Source: Squalus acanthias (Eukaryota). Taken from it: a stretch of 64,000 nucleotides of DNA. Location: assembly GCA_030390025.1 (NCBI GenBank), contig CM059432.1, forward strand, positions 61,134,001 through 61,198,000, given 5' to 3'. Shown piece by piece: positions 25,763 through 38,087 of the stretch. A model generated the notes under the pieces. It made no database searches, was not told the origin of the DNA, and saw nothing but the letters and a program-made list of their open reading frames with translations. The position numbers and the translations under genes are program-made. Within the stretch, counting starts at the first letter, position 1; each line of letters begins with the position of its first letter.

Positions 25763-26928
25763 TCAGAAGTGGTATCTTATCAGGCATTCACGGACGGCCC
25801 TTACAGAGGCAACATCGAGTGCCTCCCTCCCACGTTGCTGTTGCTCATCCTCCTCTTCATCCTCCTCCTCCACCTCTCCCTCTCCCTCCTCCTCCTCCTC
25901 TCCCTCCTCCTGAGGTGGTGCACCAATCCCTGGTGGCAATGGCTGTATCCTCATAATTGCGAGGTTGTGAAGCATGCAGCACACAACAATGAAAAGCGAG
26001 ACTCGCTCGGGAGAGTACTGCAGGGCTCCTCCAGAGTGGTCAAGACACCGGAACCGTTGCTTCAAGACACCGATCGTCTGCTCAATGAGGTTCCTGGTGG
26101 CGCTCTGGCTCTCATTGTAGGCGAGCTCAGCAGGAGTGTTGTCATCAGCCAGGTGCAGAGTGGATAACCCTTGTCCCCGAGGAGCCAGCCACGAGGTTGA
26201 TGCGGTGGTTGGAAGAGGTCAGGGAGACCAGTCTGGCGCAGGATAAAAGCATCGTGGCTGCTGCTAGGATAGCAGGCATTGACGGCGAGGATGCGCTGTC
26301 TGTGGTCGCACAACAACTGGATGTTCAGAGAGTGGAAGCCTGTGCGGTTACAGAACACCTCTGCATTTTCATGAGGTGCCCGCAATGCCACATGCGTGCA
26401 GTCAATGGCGCCCTGAATCATGGGGAGGCCCGCAATCCTAGCGAAGCCACATGCGCGTTGACGCTGTTTATCCCGGGTCATGGGGAAAGAGATGTACTCC
26501 CTTCTCCTTTTGTACAGAGCATTTGTGACCTCCCAGTTACAACAATGAACAGCGAACTGGGAGATATTCGCTATGTCCCCAGTTGAAGCCTGGAAAGAGC
26601 TGCTGGCATAGAAATTCAGAGCCACCGTCATCTTCACTGCCACCGACAGAGACGTCCTGGTCCTGAGCTGAGGCTGCAGATCTGGTTGCAGGAGGTGGCA
26701 GAGCTCAGTGACCACCTCCTTGCAGAATCGCAGCCTTCGGAAACACTGCTCCTCAGACAAATGAATATAGGAGAATTGCACCCAGAATACCCTGGGAGGG
26801 TAAGGTCTCCTGTGCAGAGGCCTGTTGGCCCTCCTTCCTCTGGCCACGTTAGCCACGCTCTCTCTGCGCCTCTGCTGCCTCCGAAGGGGAAGCTGGAGGA
26901 TGACGCCCCAAGTTAGTACAGCTCTCAT
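25763..26928 (-). pseudogene. Harbinger (HARBI1-like) DDE transposase, frameshifted
   Basis: GAIDCTHV, HDAFIL, WLLGDKGYPL, LKQRFRCLD…LQYSP…CCMLHNLA and acidic tail; frameshift near 26100. Confidence 0.93.
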
Positions 26929-27570
26929 TTAATCTTCTAAATGTGGTAAATATGAAGCTCAGAGAAATAGGAACCTGAAAATTATTGCTCAGGACCAAAA
27001 CTCCTTGTAGGACAGCATTAAATCTCTCCAGACGTCTCTCTCCCTCTCAACCTGCGTACGCCAAAAATTTTGCCGACAAGAAAATGCAGGAAGCGCACGC
27101 CTTTAAATAGTGCTCCCCCAGCTCCTTGCTGACTGCAAAACGTCCCCCTCTACCTGTCATTCCTAGCGGCAGGCGGCGAGAATCAATTTCCAGTCCGGGC
27201 ATTGCACGCTTGGATGACGTCACGATCTCCGGGTGCAGGAGAGCGTGGCGGTCGTGTTTAGCACCACTGTAAAGCGCCAGGTCAATTTCGCGGGCAGCAC
27301 TAAAATTGCCATGCTCAGGCGCTAAGTTGCTAGCGCCCCATTAGCACCCCCCAGAGGCACTAACGGAAGGCACTAACCAACCCAATTTTCCCCCCCTGAT
27401 TTATATAAAAGATCTACATAGCGTTTGCTTCAAGTTTGAAAGACTGCAGCCTAGATTTCCCTCTTTGCTGCAATGAAGGCAGATCTTCAGTGGGGCTGGG
27501 CTACCACCTGCCCCTTCAGTGCGGCCCTAACCTCAACCCATTTTCCAGGGTCAGAGTCAGTGAACTAAGT

Positions 27571-30500
27571 TAAGAACATAAGAACATAAGAAATAGGAGC
27601 AGGAATAGGTCAATTGGCCCCTCGAGCCTGCTCTGCCATTCAATAAGATCATGGCTGATCTAGGGCTCAAAGCCACTTCCCAGCCTGCTCCCCATAACCC
27701 TTCACTCCCTTATCTTGCAAAAATGTGTCTATCTCCACCTTAAATGTATTTAATGACCCCGCCTCCACAGCTCTCTGGGGCAGAGAATTCCACAAATTTA
27801 CAACCCTCTGAGAGAAGAAGTTCCTCCTCATCTCAGTTCTAAAAGGGCGACCCTTTATTCTGAGACTGTGCCCCCGAGTTCTAGATTTCCCCACAAGGGG
27901 AAACATCCTCTCTGCATCTACCCTGTCGAGCCCCCTCAGTATCTTATATGTTTCGATAAGATCACCTCTCATTCTTCTAAATTCCAATTAGTATAGGCCC
28001 AGTCTGCTCAACCTTTCCTCATAAGTCAAACCCCTCATACAATCTAGGAGCAGGAGTAGGCCATTCGGCCTGTCGAGCCTGCTCCACCATTCAATACGAT
28101 CATGGCTGATCATCCAAATCCAGTACCCTGTCCCTGCTTTAATCCCCACAGTACACATATCCCACCCTGCCCCTGTAACCCCACGTATTTAATTCCCCCT
28201 AACATATCCCATCACCCCACATATTTAATCCCCCCCTAACACTAAGGGTCAATTTATCATAGCCAAATCAACCTAACCCGCACATTTTTGGACTGTGGGA
28301 GGAAACCGGAGCACCCGGAGGAAACCCACGCAGACACGGGGAGAATGTGCAAACTCCACACAGACAGTCACCCGAGGTCAGATTCGAACCCGGGTCCCTG
28401 GCGCTGTGAGGCACCAGTGCTAACCACTATGCCACCGTGTCATCTCTGGAATTAACCTAGTGAATCGTCTCTGAACTGCCTCCAATGCAAGTATATCCTT
28501 CCTTAAATAAGGAGACCAAAACTGTACACAGTACTCAAGGTGTGGTCTCACCGATACGTTGTACAGTTGTAGCAGGACTTCCCTGCTTTTATACTCCAAC
28601 CCCCTTGAAATAAAGGCCAACATTCCATTTGCCTTTTTGATTACTTGCTGTACCTGCATGCTAACTTTTTGTGTTTCATGCACAAGGACCCCTAGGTCCC
28701 TCTGAACTGTAGCATTTTGTAATCTCTCTCCATTTAAATAATAGTTTGCTTTTTTATTTTTCCTGCCAAAGTGTATAACCTCGCACTTTCCCACATTATA
28801 CTCCATCTGCCAAATGTTTGCCCACTCACTTAACCTGTCTATATCCCTTTGCAGATTCTTTGAGTCCTCTGCACAACTTACTTTCCCACCCACCTTTATA
28901 TCATCTGCAAACTTAGCTACATTACACTCGATTCCTTCATCCAAGTCATTAATGTAAATTGTAAATAGTTGGGGCCCCAGCACCGATCCTTGTGACACCC
29001 CACTAGTTACCGTTTGCCAACCAGAAAATGACCCATTTATCCCGACTCTCTGCTTTCTGTTAGTTAGCCAATTCTCTATCCATGCTAATATATTACCCCC
29101 AACTCCGTGAGCTCTTATCTTATGTCGTAACCTTTTATGTGGCACCTTATCGAATGCCTTCTGGAAATCCAAATACACCACATCCACTGGCTCACCCTTG
29201 TCCACCCTGCTTGTTACATCCTCAAAGAACTCCAGCAAATTTGTTAAACATGATTTCCCTTTCCTAAAACCATGCTGACTCTGTTTGACTGCAGTATGTT
29301 TTTCTAAATGCCCTGCTACTGCTTCCTCAATGAAGGAATCCAGCATTTTCCCAACGACAGACGTTAGGCTAACTGGTCTATAGTTTCCTGCTTTCTGTCT
29401 CCCTCCTTTCTTAAATAGGGGTGTTACATTTGCGGTTTTCCAATCCACTGGAACCTCTCCAGAGTCCAGGGAATTTTGGTATATTGCAACCAATGCATCC
29501 ACTATCTCTGCAGCCACTTCTTTTAAGACCCTGGGATGCAGGCCATCTGGTCCAGGGGACTTGTCGTCTTTTAGTCCCATTATTTTACCGAGTACTATTT
29601 CCATAGTGATAGTGATTGTCTTTGCTTCCCCACTCCCTGTGGCCCCTTGATTATCTATTATTGGGATGTTGTTAGTGTCTTCTACAGTGAAGACAGATGC
29701 AAAATATTTGTTCAGAGTCTCTGCCATTTCCCCGTTCCCCATTATTAATTCCCCAGTCTCATCCTCTAAGGGACCAATGTTTACTTTAGCTACCCTCTTC
29801 CTTTTTATATACCTGTAGAAGCTCTTACTATCTGTTTTAATGTTTCTTGCCAGCTTACGCTCATAATTCATCTTTTCTCTCTATTATTTTTTTAGTCATC
29901 CTTTGCTGGTTTTTTAAAATTTCCCAATCCTCTGGTCTCCCACCAATCTTGGCAACATTGTTTGCCTTTGTTTTCAATTTGATACCATCCTTTACTTCCT
30001 TAGTTAGCCACAGATGGTGCTCCCTTCTCTTAAAATCTTTCTTTCTCACTGGAATATATTTTTGTTGAGAGTTATGAAATATCTCCTTAAATGTCCGCCA
30101 CTGCATTTCAACTTTCTTACCCTTTAATTTGTTTTTCCAGTCCACTTTTGCCAGTTCTGCCCTCATGCCATTATAATTGCCTTTGTTTAAGATCAGGACA
30201 CTGGTTTGAGATGCAACTTTCTCACCCTCCAAGTGAATTTGAAATTCAACCATGCTATGATCACTCTTTCCTAGAGGATCCTTTACTATGAGATCATTTA
30301 TTAATTCTGTCTCATTACATAGTACCAGATCCAAGATAGCCTGCTCCCTGGTTGGTTCCATTACATACTGTTCTAGGAAAGCATCCCGGATGCACTCTAT
30401 GAACTCCTCCTCCAGGCTACCATAGCCAATTTGATTTGTCCAATCAATATGGAGATTAAAATCACCCTTGATTATTACCGTACCTTTTTTACAGGCCTCC

Positions 30501-30843
30501 ATATTATTTGTTGATTTATACTCTGTCCAACAGCATTGCTACTGTTCGGGGGCCTATAGACTACGCCCACCAGAGACTTTTTCCCCATATTATTTTTTTA
30601 TCTCCACCCAAACCGATTCTACATCTTGATCTTCTGAGCCAATATCACTTCTCACCACTGCACTGATCCCATCTTTTACCAACAAAGCCACCCCACCTCC
30701 CTTTCCTTTCTTTCTATCCTTCTGAATTATCATATACCCTGGAATATTCAGTTCCCAGCCCTGGTCGCCTTGCAACCACGTCTCTGTAATGGTGATCAGA
30801 TCATACCCATTTGTATCTATTTGTGCCGTCAACTCATTTAACT
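27571..30843 (-). mobile_element. CR1 LINE with near-complete ORF2 (endonuclease plus RT), interrupted by a SINE
   Basis: ORFs 30832-30590 (ITETWL, GGGVA), 30502-29861, 29871-28420 (483 aa RT) and 27987-27667; tail (TAAGAACA)n at 27571. Confidence 0.95.
28039..28439 (-). mobile_element. tRNA-derived V-SINE (HE1-like) with CR1-derived 3' tail
   Basis: Head with A box TGGCATAGTGG and B box GGTTCGAATC; V-domain GTGGAGTTTGCACATTCTCCCCGTGTCTGCGTGGGTTTCCTCCGGGTGCTCCGGTTTCCTCCCACA; tail matching the CR1 3' UTR; short TCAT duplication. Confidence 0.9.
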
Positions 30844-31271
30844 TAAGCGGGTGCCCAGGCCATTACAGCACCACTGAGGAGCCCGCCTCAGGTGGGAGGG
30901 GAAGAGAAATTGCTATATTGCCGTGCTGCAGCATAGCACAGCTGGTGAGGTCAACCGAAAATCAGAAAATATTTTTCATCTTCAAATTTAAATTTATGAC
31001 TGATGCAGTTGATTGCTCTGCACTAGGAAAAGTGGCCATTTAAAACCTCTCCTGCTGGTGTTCCTTGTACCCTGTGCTGCTAAGGTGCAAATAAAGAGAA
31101 ATAGGTCATACTTTATCATTCCCATCACTTGTGTTTCATTGTAATACAAAATAGATTAAGGGGGAAAATTCGGTATCGACCATTTTGGGGCGCTAACATC
31201 GCCCGGGCGCAAACTAATTAGCACCAGCGACCGCGAAATTCAGTTTTTTAGAGGGAAGTGGAGCGCTAAAT

Positions 31272-33434
31272 CATAGAATCATAGAAAGTTACAGCACGGA
31301 AGGAGGCCATTTCAGCCCATTGTGTCCGCGCCGGCTAACAAAGAGCTATCCAGCCTAATCCCACTTCCCAGCTCTTGGTCCGTAGCCCTGCAGGTTACAG
31401 CATCCCAAGTGCACATCCAAGTACTTTTTAAATGTGGTTAGGGTTCCTGCATGTACCACCCTTTCAGGCAGTGAGTTCCAGACTCCCACAACCCTCTGGG
31501 TGAAGAAATTTCCCCTCAAATCTCCTCTAAACCTTCCACCAATTACTTTAAATCTGTGCCCCCTGGCTTTTGACCCCTCTGCTAAGGGAAATAGGTCCTT
31601 TCTATCCACTTTATCTATGCCCCTCATTATTTTATACACTTCAATAAGGTCTCCCCTCAGCCTCCTCTGTTCCAAGGAAAACAGACCCAACCTATCCGTC
31701 TTTCCTCATAGCTAAGATTCTCTACTCCCGGCAACATCCTTGTAAATATCCTCTGTACCCTCTCTAGTGCAATCACATCTTTCCTGTAATGTGGTGACCA
31801 GAACTGCACACTAACTAGTGTTACCACTGACCTTCCCTTTTGTTCTTTCATCCCCTCCCCCTTTTCCCAGCAAAAAGAAAAAATCGTATTAGTGTTTTAT
31901 ACAGTTGAAGCATAACCCCCCTGCTCTTGTATTCTATGCCACAGCTAATAAAGACAAGTATTCCGTATGCTTACTTAACCACCTTATCTACCTGGCCTGC
32001 TACCTTCAGGGATCTGTGGACATGCACTCCAAGGTCCCTTTGTTCCTCTACATTACTCAGTGTCCTACCATTTAATGGGCCAGAAATTCGGCTCTCTGGC
32101 TTCCCGCAGGTGCAAGGATCGCGCGCGTACTTACCTACCGCGCCTGCCGTTGTGCTTCGGACCTGCGTGGAATTCGACTCCTGGGCCTCCTGCAGCTGCC
32201 GACGCGCAGTGCTTGCGTATCCCAGGGGCGCAGTTAGTTCGAAGCGTCCCCTGGGATCATGTGGGCCATGGAGAGCCAATCGGAGCAGGGAATCTCCATT
32301 CATAGATTTTGACAGGAAGACCTGTCAAATCTATGAATAGAGATCAGCCCCCAAAACCTAACTAAAACTTCAAATCATTTTTTTTTTTAAATCACATTTT
32401 TAAAATAACTATAAATTACATAAATTAACTATTTTAAACAAAAATTAAAATTTTTGAAAAAATTAATTACACTTTTTAACGGTGCAAAAAATAAACTTAC
32501 CTTTCTTTAAAGTATGTAAAAAAGATAAACCTGTTGAAAAAATGTTTAAATTGTATTTAATTCACCACTTACCTTGTTAAAAGCAGGCCTTGCGCCTCCT
32601 TTTTTCCTGCGCAGCTTCTCCATACTTACCCTCACGGAGAAACCTGAATAAAAAAACGAAGTTCGCTGCGTGCGCACTGTCTCTCCGGCGCATGCGGTTG
32701 ACCCTCAAACCCCTTCTTTCATGAGACCGGAAGTTCCGGTTTCTCGTGCATGCACAGTGCATGCGCGAAACAGGCACTTCCAGTGGTCCTACGGGTGAGT
32801 ATACAGCGCAAACTCACCCGTGGAGACCCAAATTTCTGCCCCAATGTGTATTCCCTTTCCTTGTTAGCCCTCCCCAAATGCATTACCTCACACTTCTCCG
32901 GATTGAATTCCATTTGCCACTGTTCTGCCCACCTGACCAATTTATTGATATCTTCCTGCAGTCTACAGCTTCCTTCTTCAGTATCAACTGCACAGCCGAT
33001 TTTAGTATCATCTGCAAACTTCTTAATCATACCCCCTATATTCAAGTCTAGATCATTGATATATACCACAAAAAGCAAGGGACCTAGTACTGAGCCCTGC
33101 GGGACCCCACTGGAAACAGCCTTCCAGTCACAAAAACACCCATCAACCATTACCCTCTGCTTCCTGTCTCTGAGCCAGTTTTGAATCCAACTTGACATTT
33201 TGCCCTGGATCTCATGGGCTTTTAACTTCGTGACCAGTCTGCCATGTGGAACCTTATCAAAAGCCTTGCTAAAGTCCATATAAACTACATCAAACGCACT
33301 ACCCTCATCTACCCTCCTTGTTACCTGCTCAAAAAATTCAATCAAGTTTGTCAGACACAACCTTCCCTTAACAAATCCGTGCTGACTATCCTTGATTAAT
33401 CCGTGTCTTTCTAAATGAAGATTTATGCTGTCCT
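31272..33434 (-). mobile_element. 5'-truncated CR1 nested in the Harbinger left end
   Basis: RT ORF pieces 33438-32845, 32075-31930 and 31690-31355; tail (CATAGAAT)n at 31272; the Harbinger sequence GCTAAATC|AAGCGCTACAC is split. Confidence 0.9.
32077..32842. mobile_element. Harbinger-type MITE, family C (TSD AAT)
   Basis: TIR GGGCCAGAAATTCGGCTCTC versus reverse complement GGGGCAGAAATTTGGGTCTC; AAT at 32074-32076 and 32843-32845; interrupts the CR1 motif REYTLNGR. Confidence 0.9.
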
Positions 33435-33637
33435 TCAAGCGCTACACATTTCTCTTAACGTCGGGGAGTGGGGTGCTACAACAGAGCGCTACTCAAGTTC
33501 GGGCGCTGTCAATTACAAGTACTCAGACAGACTAGAGCCTTCCAGTTCTTAAAGGGGAGGCTCAATCATGCTGCATAGCCTCACTCTGATCATTGCTGCT
33601 TGTGACCTGGGCCTGCAATCCATCAACCACAAATCTC

Positions 33638-35510
33638 ATGGCTATTTAGAGGCCCAGGGAGAGAGCTCGCCAGTTCAGCGACCAGGCATTGGAGGCACTG
33701 GTTGCGGCTGTGGAAGGCTGACGGGCAGTGCTGTTCCCAGATACTGGCAGGAGGCCATAGCCGCAGGAGTTCAGAAGGATGTGGAGGGAGGTGGCCCAGT
33801 ACGTCTCGGCCAGAAGCGTGGTCCAAAGGACTCACACCCAGTTCCACAAAAAGTTCAACGACCTCACTTGGGTGGTTAGGGTAAGTACATGCTTCAAAAA
33901 CCTCTGCATCCCACCATCTCAACCTCACTCTGTGCACAGACGGCATAAACCGCCAAATCCCCAACACTCACCCACCAACTATGCCCATCTACTAAAAGTC
34001 ACATCCACATCTCACGCCTTGCATATATTAACAGCTATTCAACTATGGTAGGCACATCTGCCAAACACATGGCTGCACACTCACTCACACGCTGTCCTTT
34101 TTCTTGCAGGCCAAGCTTGCTCATAACAGGAGGAAGCAGCAACGCACGGGAGGAGGTCAGGCGGCACTGCACCCCCTTACAGACCTGGAGGAGTGAGTGC
34201 GCAGCACCATTGCGGCCCAGGTCGTGGGCGCTGTGGCAGTCGGAGAGGTCGACCCCCTTAGGGGACAATGGTATGTTCATCACCTCTCCCTCTTCTCTCA
34301 TACCACTTCCCCCTCACAACACAAGCCCTTCCCACTTTCCATCTAAGTATACTGTCTCCATTCCTTGCTCCCTTCCTGCCCCCCTCTCCTGACGTTAAAC
34401 CCACTCTTGTGCCTTAATGCTTTCTGATAATCAGCCACCATCTGAGCAGCCTGTCCCTCAGCCTCTCAGTGGCAGCGACACGGGAGAGGAGGAGGAACAC
34501 CAAGCCGGAGCCTCACTGCCTGTGCCTCCCGAGGGCGAGACATCCGATAATGGGACCACGTGGTCGCTGGAGGGGAGCAGAGGAAATGGCTCTGATGTGG
34601 GTGAAGCTCCAGGACTCAGCGGGCTGCAGCAACGCCATGGGGAAAGGGAAGCTCGCATGCCATCTCCCCGGAGGGTGAGTGCGCTCACAAGTTCTGTTGC
34701 AAAGGACTCAGATGAGGACCTCGATGAGCATGTATACGGAGCTCATGGGTGCAATGGCAAGGGTGCCCGAGAGCATGGATGCACTGGCTAGGAGCATGGA
34801 GGAGTCCGCCTCCAGCATTGCTCTCATCTCTGCACAAACCTTCGAGCCCATCCTTGGCACTTTGCAGAGGATGGTTGTCTCGCAGAGAGACCGTGGGGAC
34901 CCAGACCTCATGCTGCGTGTCATGGGTGAGGTGGCAGCAGCTATTGCAGCACAGGCCAAGGCAACGCAACGGCTTAGTGCTGTAATGAAGTCAGTGGTTG
35001 GTGGCATCCAATCTCAGACTGTTCTCATGCAGTTTCAGACTGATGCCACGCAAGCGCTGACTGCTGCCATGGTCGCCCACTGTCCACCGGGGTTCTCACG
35101 GTGCCACAGCAGGCCAGCAGTCTGTGCTCGAGCAGATTGCTCCGGATGCTGAGGTTCTGCCCCGGGGGAGTGGCAGTGTGTCGGTCGAGCAGGAAGGTGC
35201 TGTCCTCTCTCAGGATGACAGCATTCCTGCTCCCACCACTGCCACTCCGCCATTGTACTTGCTGCAGCCTGTAACCCAGCCATCCCAGACTGCTGCCACC
35301 TATGCTGAGGTGGTGCAGTCTGCAGCCGGGCCTTCCAGGCCCAGAGCTGGTCGAGGGCATCCTGCAAGGCCATCTGCAGCCTCTGGCTCCCAGACTCAGC
35401 AGCCTTCCGCCAACCTTGCTGCAGCCACTGGGGCCACATTACAGAGGAGCAGTAGGGTTGGGAGGGGGGAATTGCAAAGGGGAGGGAAATCATTGAAGAA
35501 GGCCCAGTAA
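33638..35510 (+). pseudogene. Harbinger Myb/SANT-like gene, copy 2 (exons about 33638-33880, 34110-34270, 34427-35510), disrupted
   Basis: MWREVAQYVSARSVVQRTHTQFHKKFNDL; donor 1 GTAAGT and donor 2 GTATGT intact; acceptor 2 mutated to TTTCTG; early stop and frameshifts. Confidence 0.85.
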
Positions 35511-35799
35511 ATAAAATGTTAATAGCAAATGGGGGGAGTGTGTGTACAAAAGTTGATGTGTTTGTAAATATATTTTTCAGTTTGGTAAGAAATAGTTCCG
35601 TTTGCTAAGAACCAGTTGTGTTTGTTCATAAATTGTTGTGTTTGTTTATTATTGGTTGTGTTTGTTAAGAGAGAGTTGTGCAGAATAACAAATGTTTATT
35701 TCGATGTAGCAAATTTTGTGATATTTCTCATTTGAGCTTTGCCCAGTCATAGGGTTTGCGAGCTGGCTGTAATAATGTGGTTGTTCTGTGCAAATGCCA

Positions 35800-36982
35800 T
35801 CTGCTATCTCATTTATTGTAAGCAGTGCAATGAGGCATTCACGAACGGCCCTTGCAGAAGCAACATTGAGTGGCTCCCTCCTACGTTGGTGTTGCTCCTC
35901 CTCCGCCTCCTATTCCTCTTCCTCCTCCTGAGGTGGACCTCCAATTTCTGGTAGTAATGGCTGGGCCCTCAGAATGGCCAGGTTGTGCAGCACGCAGTAC
36001 ACAACAATGAAAACGGAGACTCGATCAGGAGAGTACTGCAGGGCTCCTCCAGAGCGGTCAAGGCAGTGGAACCGTTGCTTTAGCATGGCGATAGTCTGTT
36101 CAATCAGGTTCCTGGTGGCACTATGGCTCTCATTGTATGCGTGCTGAGCAGGGGTGTTGGGGTTGCGGAGGGATGTCATCAACCAGGTGGCGAGTGGATA
36201 ACCCTTGTCTCCGAGCAGCCAGCCGCGGGCTTCATGTGGTGGTTGGAACAGTACTGGGACACCAGTCTGTCGCAGGATGAATGCATTGCGGCTGCTGCCA
36301 GGATAGCGGGCATTGACGGCGCGGATGCGCTGTCTGTGGTTGCACACCAAATGCACAGAGAATGGTAGCCTTTGTGGTTGCAGAACACCTCTGCATTGTG
36401 ATGAGGTGCCCGCAATGCCACGTGGATGCAGTCAATTGCACCCTGAACCATGGGGAAGCCCGCTATCCTTGCAAAGCCACATGAGCATTCATGCTGTTTG
36501 TCTCTGGTCATGGGAAATGAGATGTACTCCCTTCTCCTTCTGTACAAAGCATCTGTGACCTCCCGGATGCAGCAATGGATGGCGAACTGTGAATGTTTGC
36601 AATATCCCCTGTTGAAGCTTGGAAGGAGCCGCTGGCGTAGAAATTGAGAGCGACTGTGACCTTCACTGGCACTGAGAGAGACGTCCTGGGGGTCCTGAGG
36701 CTGGAGCTCTGGCTGCAGGAGGTGACAGAGCTCTGTGACCACCTCCTTGCTGAAGCGGAGCCTTCTAAGGCACTGCTCCTCTGACAGATGAATGTAGGAG
36801 AACTGCTCCCGGAATACCCTGGGTGGGTAAGGTCTCCTGTTGAGAGCCCAGTTGGCCCTCCTCCCTCTGGCCACGTTTTCCAATCTTTCTCTCTGCCTCC
36901 GCTGCCTCTGACGGTGACGCTGGAGGGCGAGGTCCCGTGCCAGTACAGCCCCCATTAAGTGTTGGAAATGTTGCAGTATCAA
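35800..36982 (-). pseudogene. Harbinger DDE transposase, copy 2, frameshifted
   Basis: GAIDCIHV, WLLGDKGYPL, IEQTIAMLKQRFHCLDRSGGALQYSP and VLHNLA; several frameshifts and a stop. Confidence 0.92.
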
Positions 36983-37897
36983 AAGTAAGACAAATGAACC
37001 TGATAACTTTTTGTCAGGAGCAAAACTCCTTCAAGCAGGAAAACCTCAAATGGGTCAAAACGCCTGTCTGCTTCTGTCAAAGTGACAAGGCAGCATTGTT
37101 TGCCGACAAAAAAAACAGGAATTGCATGCCTTTAAATAGTGCTCCTGCAGCTCCCAGCCGACTGCAAACCGCCTCCTCTACCTGTCGTTCCTAACGGCAG
37201 GCACTGAGGCAGGGGGCACAAATCAATTTCTGGTCCAGGGTGCTACCGGGGCGATGCACGGCTGGATGACGTCATGATCGGCGGGCACAGGAGATCTTGT
37301 CGGTAGCGTTTAGCGACACCGCAAAGCGCCAGGTGAATTTCGCCGGCGGCACTGACATTGCCACGCCCAGGCGGTAAGTAGTTAGCGCCCCGGTAGCGCC
37401 CCCCGGAGGCGCCAACAGGAGGCACTAGCCAACCAAATTTCTCCCCCTAAATGTCCAACCTCATTTCTGGGAGAAAATCCCAGGAATGGCTTTGGGTGAC
37501 AGGGGACCGCAGATGACAGCTCTCCACCCGACCTTTCTTGCTCACCCACCCAAATTACACTAGCTTATACAGTAACTCAGCAAGAAAAACAGCCCTTGGT
37601 GATTTGGTCACATTGGTGTACAAGTTCGCAATTTATGTGCTCGCTTATCCAAAATCGATCATTTTAATACAACAAAAACGGCACTAGCATGCTGTTCTGT
37701 CTGTCACACCTCGGCATCATTTTGTCCATCACACTTTACCATTGTACTTCAATTTCCGTGTCACACTTCGATCTGATTGGCTCAAATTTTGTATTCACAA
37801 AAAGAGCAACAAATCAGAATTTAGTAACTATTTTGTATTCCTATGAAGAGCAACAGATTCAGTAACTATGGGCAGGAAAACCTATCAATAAACAAAA

Positions 37898-37995
37898 CAG
37901 AAGGGTCACAGACCTCAAATGTTAACTCTGTTTCTCTCTCCACAGATGCTGCCTGGCCTGCTGAGTGTTTGCAGCATTTTCTGTTGTTATTTCAT
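37898..37995 (+). mobile_element. Degenerate copy of the Penelope-like mini-element (hammerhead core broken)
   Basis: GAAGGGTCACAGACCTCAAATGTTAACTCTGTTTCTCTCTCCACAGATGCTGCC… matches 52799-52895. Confidence 0.8.
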
Positions 37996-38087
37996 TTAAC
38001 CAAATCACTATTTTTGTTTCAAAAAATTTTTGGAGTGCCATTTTTATCTTCAGCCAGTTCACTAGAGAGGTATAAATATAATAAAGT

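Larger units (their letters stand above)
23241..27395 (+). mobile_element. Full-length PIF/Harbinger DNA transposon, copy 1 (TSD CTG)
   Basis: TIRs GGAGGAAAAATTGGG / CCCAATTTTCCCCCC, CTG at 23238-23240 and 27396-27398; convergent Myb/SANT-like and DDE transposase genes. Confidence 0.95.
31160..37447 (+). mobile_element. Full-length PIF/Harbinger DNA transposon, copy 2 (TSD TAA), with nested CR1
   Basis: TIRs GGGGGAAAATTCGGT / ACCAAATTTCTCCCCC, TAA at 31157-31159 and 37448-37450; colinear with copy 1 after removing 31272-33434. Confidence 0.93.

Noticed and set aside
23568..26928. Domesticated host genes (HARBI1, NAIF1/MSANTD-like)
   Set aside because: Both genes lie within TIRs and a TSD, occur in several copies, and carry frameshifts and splice mutations; they are transposon genes.
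28365..28439. tRNA gene
   Set aside because: A and B boxes are present, but the sequence continues into a V-domain and LINE tail; it is a SINE head.
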